A stretch of DNA of 37,625 bases from Anaerolineae bacterium (GTDB lineage: Bacteria; Chloroflexota; Anaerolineae; S140-20): the NCBI GenBank assembly GCA_027021705.1, contig JALUTT010000089.1:1-37625 (forward strand). Direction: 5' to 3'. This document shows, piece by piece, positions 35,508-37,625 of this stretch. Numbering within the stretch: the stretch's first letter is position 1; every line of letters begins with the position of its first letter. The translations under genes were made by a program, and so were the position numbers. The notes under the pieces are model-generated. The model had not been told where the DNA came from. It was given only the letters and a program-made list of their open reading frames with translations, and searched no databases.

Positions 35508-35930
35508 TCAGTCCACAATCTCAATGCCCATACTGCGGGCCGTTCCCTCGATCTGGCGCATCGCGCCCTCGATGTCCACCGCGTTGAGGTCCTTCATCTT
35601 CACTTCGGCGATCTCCCGCAACTGCTGGCGGGTGATCTTGCCCACCTTCTGTCGGTTGGGCTCGGAGGAGCCCTTCTCGATGCCGGCCGCTTTACGCAGC
35701 AAGTGGGGCGTGGGGGGCGTCTTCAACACAAAGGTGAAGGACTGATCGGTGTAGATGGTGATCTCGGCCGGCACGATGTCCCCGATCATCCCCGACGTCC
35801 GGGCATTGTACTCCTTGCAGAAGGCCATCAGGTTGATGCCATGCTGAGCCAGCGCAGGCCCCACGGGGGGCGCAGGATTGGCCTTGCCTGCTTGCAATTG
35901 GAGCTTGACGACCGCTTTGACTTTCTTCAT
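35508..35930 (-). CDS. rplK: 50S ribosomal protein L11
   Basis: [29 protein letters not shown]. Confidence 0.97.
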   Translation of the reverse strand: MKKVKAVVKLQLQAGKANPAPPVGPALAQHGINLMAFCKEYNARTSGMIGDIVPAEITIYTDQSFTFVLKTPPTPHLLRKAAGIEKGSSEPNRQKVGKITRQQLREIAEVKMKDLNAVDIEGAMRQIEGTARSMGIEIVD

Positions 35931-35931
35931 C

Positions 35932-36666
35932 CTAGATCTTCTCCACTTGCAGGAAATCGAGTTCCACAGGGGTCTCTCGACCGAAGAAAGAGACCAGCAC
36001 CCGGACCTTGGCTCGGTCCATATCTATCTCGTCCACGGTACCCATAAAATCGTTGAAGGGTCCGTCAATGATGCGGACCTTCTGCCCTGGGCGGAAGGTG
36101 ACCTTGATCTTGGGTGCTTCCGCCTCCATCCGCTTCATAATCGCCTGGACCTCTTCAGGTCGAAGCGGTGTGGGCTTGTTCCCCATGCCCACGAAGCCGG
36201 TGACGCCAGGCGTGTTGCGGACCACGTACCAGGAATCGTCATCCATGATCATCTGAACGAGGATGTAGCCAGGGAAGACACGCCGCTCAACGGTGCGTCG
36301 CTTGCCCTCCCGGACCTCAATCTCCTCCTCGGTCGGCACCACAACCTGGAAGATCTTATCCCGCATCCCCATCGTTTCGATGCGCTGCTCCAGGTTGTGC
36401 TTCACCTTATTCTCATAGCCAGAATAACAATGGATGACGTACCAGGCTCGCCCGTCGTCCTCTTCCTCCTCGGCGGCTTCTTTAGAGGGCTCTTCTTGCT
36501 TCTCTTCCCCACCCAGGGTGAAGTCCTCGGGCAAGCCAAAATCCACCTCCGCCAAAGCCGTTACCGGCTCTTGGGAGGCCTCCTCCATCGCCTCCGGCGC
36601 TTCGGGCTCGGCGGCGACCTCCTCAGGTGAGACCAGATGTTCCACCTCTTCTCCCATCACATCCAC
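35932..36666 (-). CDS. nusG: Transcription factor NusG with acidic N-terminal extension
   Basis: [44 protein letters not shown]. Confidence 0.96.
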   Translation of the reverse strand: MDVMGEEVEHLVSPEEVAAEPEAPEAMEEASQEPVTALAEVDFGLPEDFTLGGEEKQEEPSKEAAEEEEDDGRAWYVIHCYSGYENKVKHNLEQRIETMGMRDKIFQVVVPTEEEIEVREGKRRTVERRVFPGYILVQMIMDDDSWYVVRNTPGVTGFVGMGNKPTPLRPEEVQAIMKRMEAEAPKIKVTFRPGQKVRIIDGPFNDFMGTVDEIDMDRAKVRVLVSFFGRETPVELDFLQVEKI

Positions 36667-36672
36667 CCCCGG

Positions 36673-36969
36673 CTATTCCTGCCGGGCTATCCACGTCATC
36701 CCTGCCCCGATGATCACGACGAGTACCACAGCGATCATCAGTTGCACGGCCTGCCCATCAATGACCCCAGCCAGTTCCCAAGAGAAGAAAAAGTCCAACA
36801 GCCCAAGTAGGGCTGCCATCCCAATGGTCACCACCAGAACCAGGATCGTCAGGTTCCGAGCCTCCTCCTGGCTGGGCCAATGCACCTTCGAGAGTTCCGC
36901 TCGGGTCTCCCGCAGATAGCGGACGACCCCCCATTCCCGCTTGCGTTCTTTCGTCTGCGCCTTTGCCAC
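36673..36969 (-). CDS. secE: Preprotein translocase SecE
   Basis: YLRETRAELSKVHWPS plus TM helix; GTG 36969 after GAGGGG; extra C-terminal helix. Confidence 0.92.
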   Translation of the reverse strand: MAKAQTKERKREWGVVRYLRETRAELSKVHWPSQEEARNLTILVLVVTIGMAALLGLLDFFFSWELAGVIDGQAVQLMIAVVLVVIIGAGMTWIARQE

Positions 36970-37002
36970 ACTTCCCCTCACTATTGGCAATCTGCTTACA
37001 CT

Positions 37003-37034
37003 TTGAGACACCGCCGTGGCCGACGGTGTCTCAA
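37003..37034. other. 11-bp stem hairpin between tRNA-Trp and secE (terminator or processing signal)
   Basis: ttgagacaccg...cggtgtctcaa. Confidence 0.55.
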
Positions 37035-37058
37035 CGTTCCCATCCCCTCAAGCTTACT

Positions 37059-37134
37059 TGGCAGGCGAGCCAGGACTCGAACCCGGAACCTGTGGTTTTG
37101 GAGACCACTGCTCTGCCAATTGAGCTACTCGCCT
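37059..37134 (-). tRNA. trnW: tRNA-Trp(CCA), copy A
   Basis: 76-nt cloverleaf: AGGCGAG acceptor, anticodon loop CTCCAAA, GTTCGAGT, encoded CCA end. Confidence 0.96.
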
Positions 37135-37154
37135 GCATCCTAAAGCCGGGAACC

Positions 37155-37230
37155 TGGCAGGCGAGCCAGGACTCGAACCCGGAACCTGTGGTTTTGGAGA
37201 CCACTGCTCTACCAATTGAGCTACTCGCCT
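37155..37230 (-). tRNA. trnW: tRNA-Trp(CCA), copy B
   Basis: Same as copy A except one D-loop base (GGT vs GGC). Confidence 0.96.
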
Positions 37231-37259
37231 GCGCTGCGTGACCGAGTTAATAGCTACCG

Positions 37260-37424
37260 TTACTTTGTCTCACGATGCAGAGTATGCTTTCGGCACCGCG
37301 GGCAGAACTTGCGCAGTTCCAGACGACCGGGGTCGTTGCGCCGGTTCTTCTGGGTGGTGTAATTCCTCTCCTTACACTCGGTGCACGCCAGGGTGATGGT
37401 CAGGCGGACAGCTTTCTTCGCCAT
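37260..37424 (-). CDS. rpmG: 50S ribosomal protein L33 (zinc-ribbon form); not in ORF track
   Basis: Manual translation [54 protein letters not shown]. Confidence 0.96.
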   Translation of the reverse strand: MAKKAVRLTITLACTECKERNYTTQKNRRNDPGRLELRKFCPRCRKHTLHRETK

Positions 37425-37431
37425 CGTTCCC

Positions 37432-37625
37432 TCACCGGATGATCTTGGTGATGACGCCGGCGCCGACGGTCAGGCCACCCTCGCGAATGGCAAACCGGCT
37501 CCCCGGCTCAATCGCCACCGGCTCGATCAACTTCACCTGCATCGTCACATTGTCCCCGGGCATCACCATCTCCACCCCCTCCGGCAGGATCACCTCCCCC
37601 GTCACATCCATCGTCCGAATGTAGA
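37432..37625 (-). CDS. tuf: Elongation factor Tu, 3' end (truncated by window)
   Basis: ...EMVMPGDNV...[21 protein letters not shown]. Confidence 0.96.
   Translation of the reverse strand, partial: YIRTMDVTGEVILPEGVEMVMPGDNVTMQVKLIEPVAIEPGSRFAIREGGLTVGAGVITKIIR

Noticed and set aside
37059..37230. Active prophage or island attachment site at tRNA-Trp
   Set aside because: Both copies are full length, only 20 nt apart, with no integrase or cargo.

Overview
High-GC bacterial chromosomal window, most likely Chloroflexota/Anaerolineae (inferred from bacterial Elp3, Pro/Thr-rich LysM proteins, GAF-rich kinases and gene style). Left to right: an alpha-glucan cluster (5'-truncated GT3-like glycogen synthase, GH57/DUF3536 hydrolase, GalU-like nucleotidyltransferase, Tat metallophosphoesterase) interrupted by a fused MNT-HEPN gene; a convergent minus-strand VTC / DUF4956 / hybrid kinase / OmpR-type regulator operon; a LysM membrane protein coupled to a kinase-like protein lacking its phospho-His; a second MNT-HEPN pair; S9 peptidase; the infC-rpmI-rplT-TrmH-(T-box)-pheS-pheT string, with a MazEF pair, two 97-bp hairpin elements and a four-helix-bundle gene inserted; a Trm9-like methyltransferase head-to-head with Elp3; a third MNT-HEPN pair; an SCP2/Fe-ADH/AOR operon; and tuf(3' end)-rpmG-2x tRNA-Trp-secE-nusG-rplKAJL. 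Best leads: (1) Elp3 plus Trm9-like gene pair, suggesting a eukaryote/archaea-type mcm5U34 pathway in a bacterium; (2) an IVS-like four-helix-bundle cassette enclosed by complementary 8-mer arrays, part of a wider family of 7/8-mer arrays at gene 3' ends; (3) an MNT-HEPN fusion with an internal start and flanking direct repeats; (4) a split bacterial VTC system with Pho-box-like promoter geometry. All calls come from motif reading by eye; no database searches were run.
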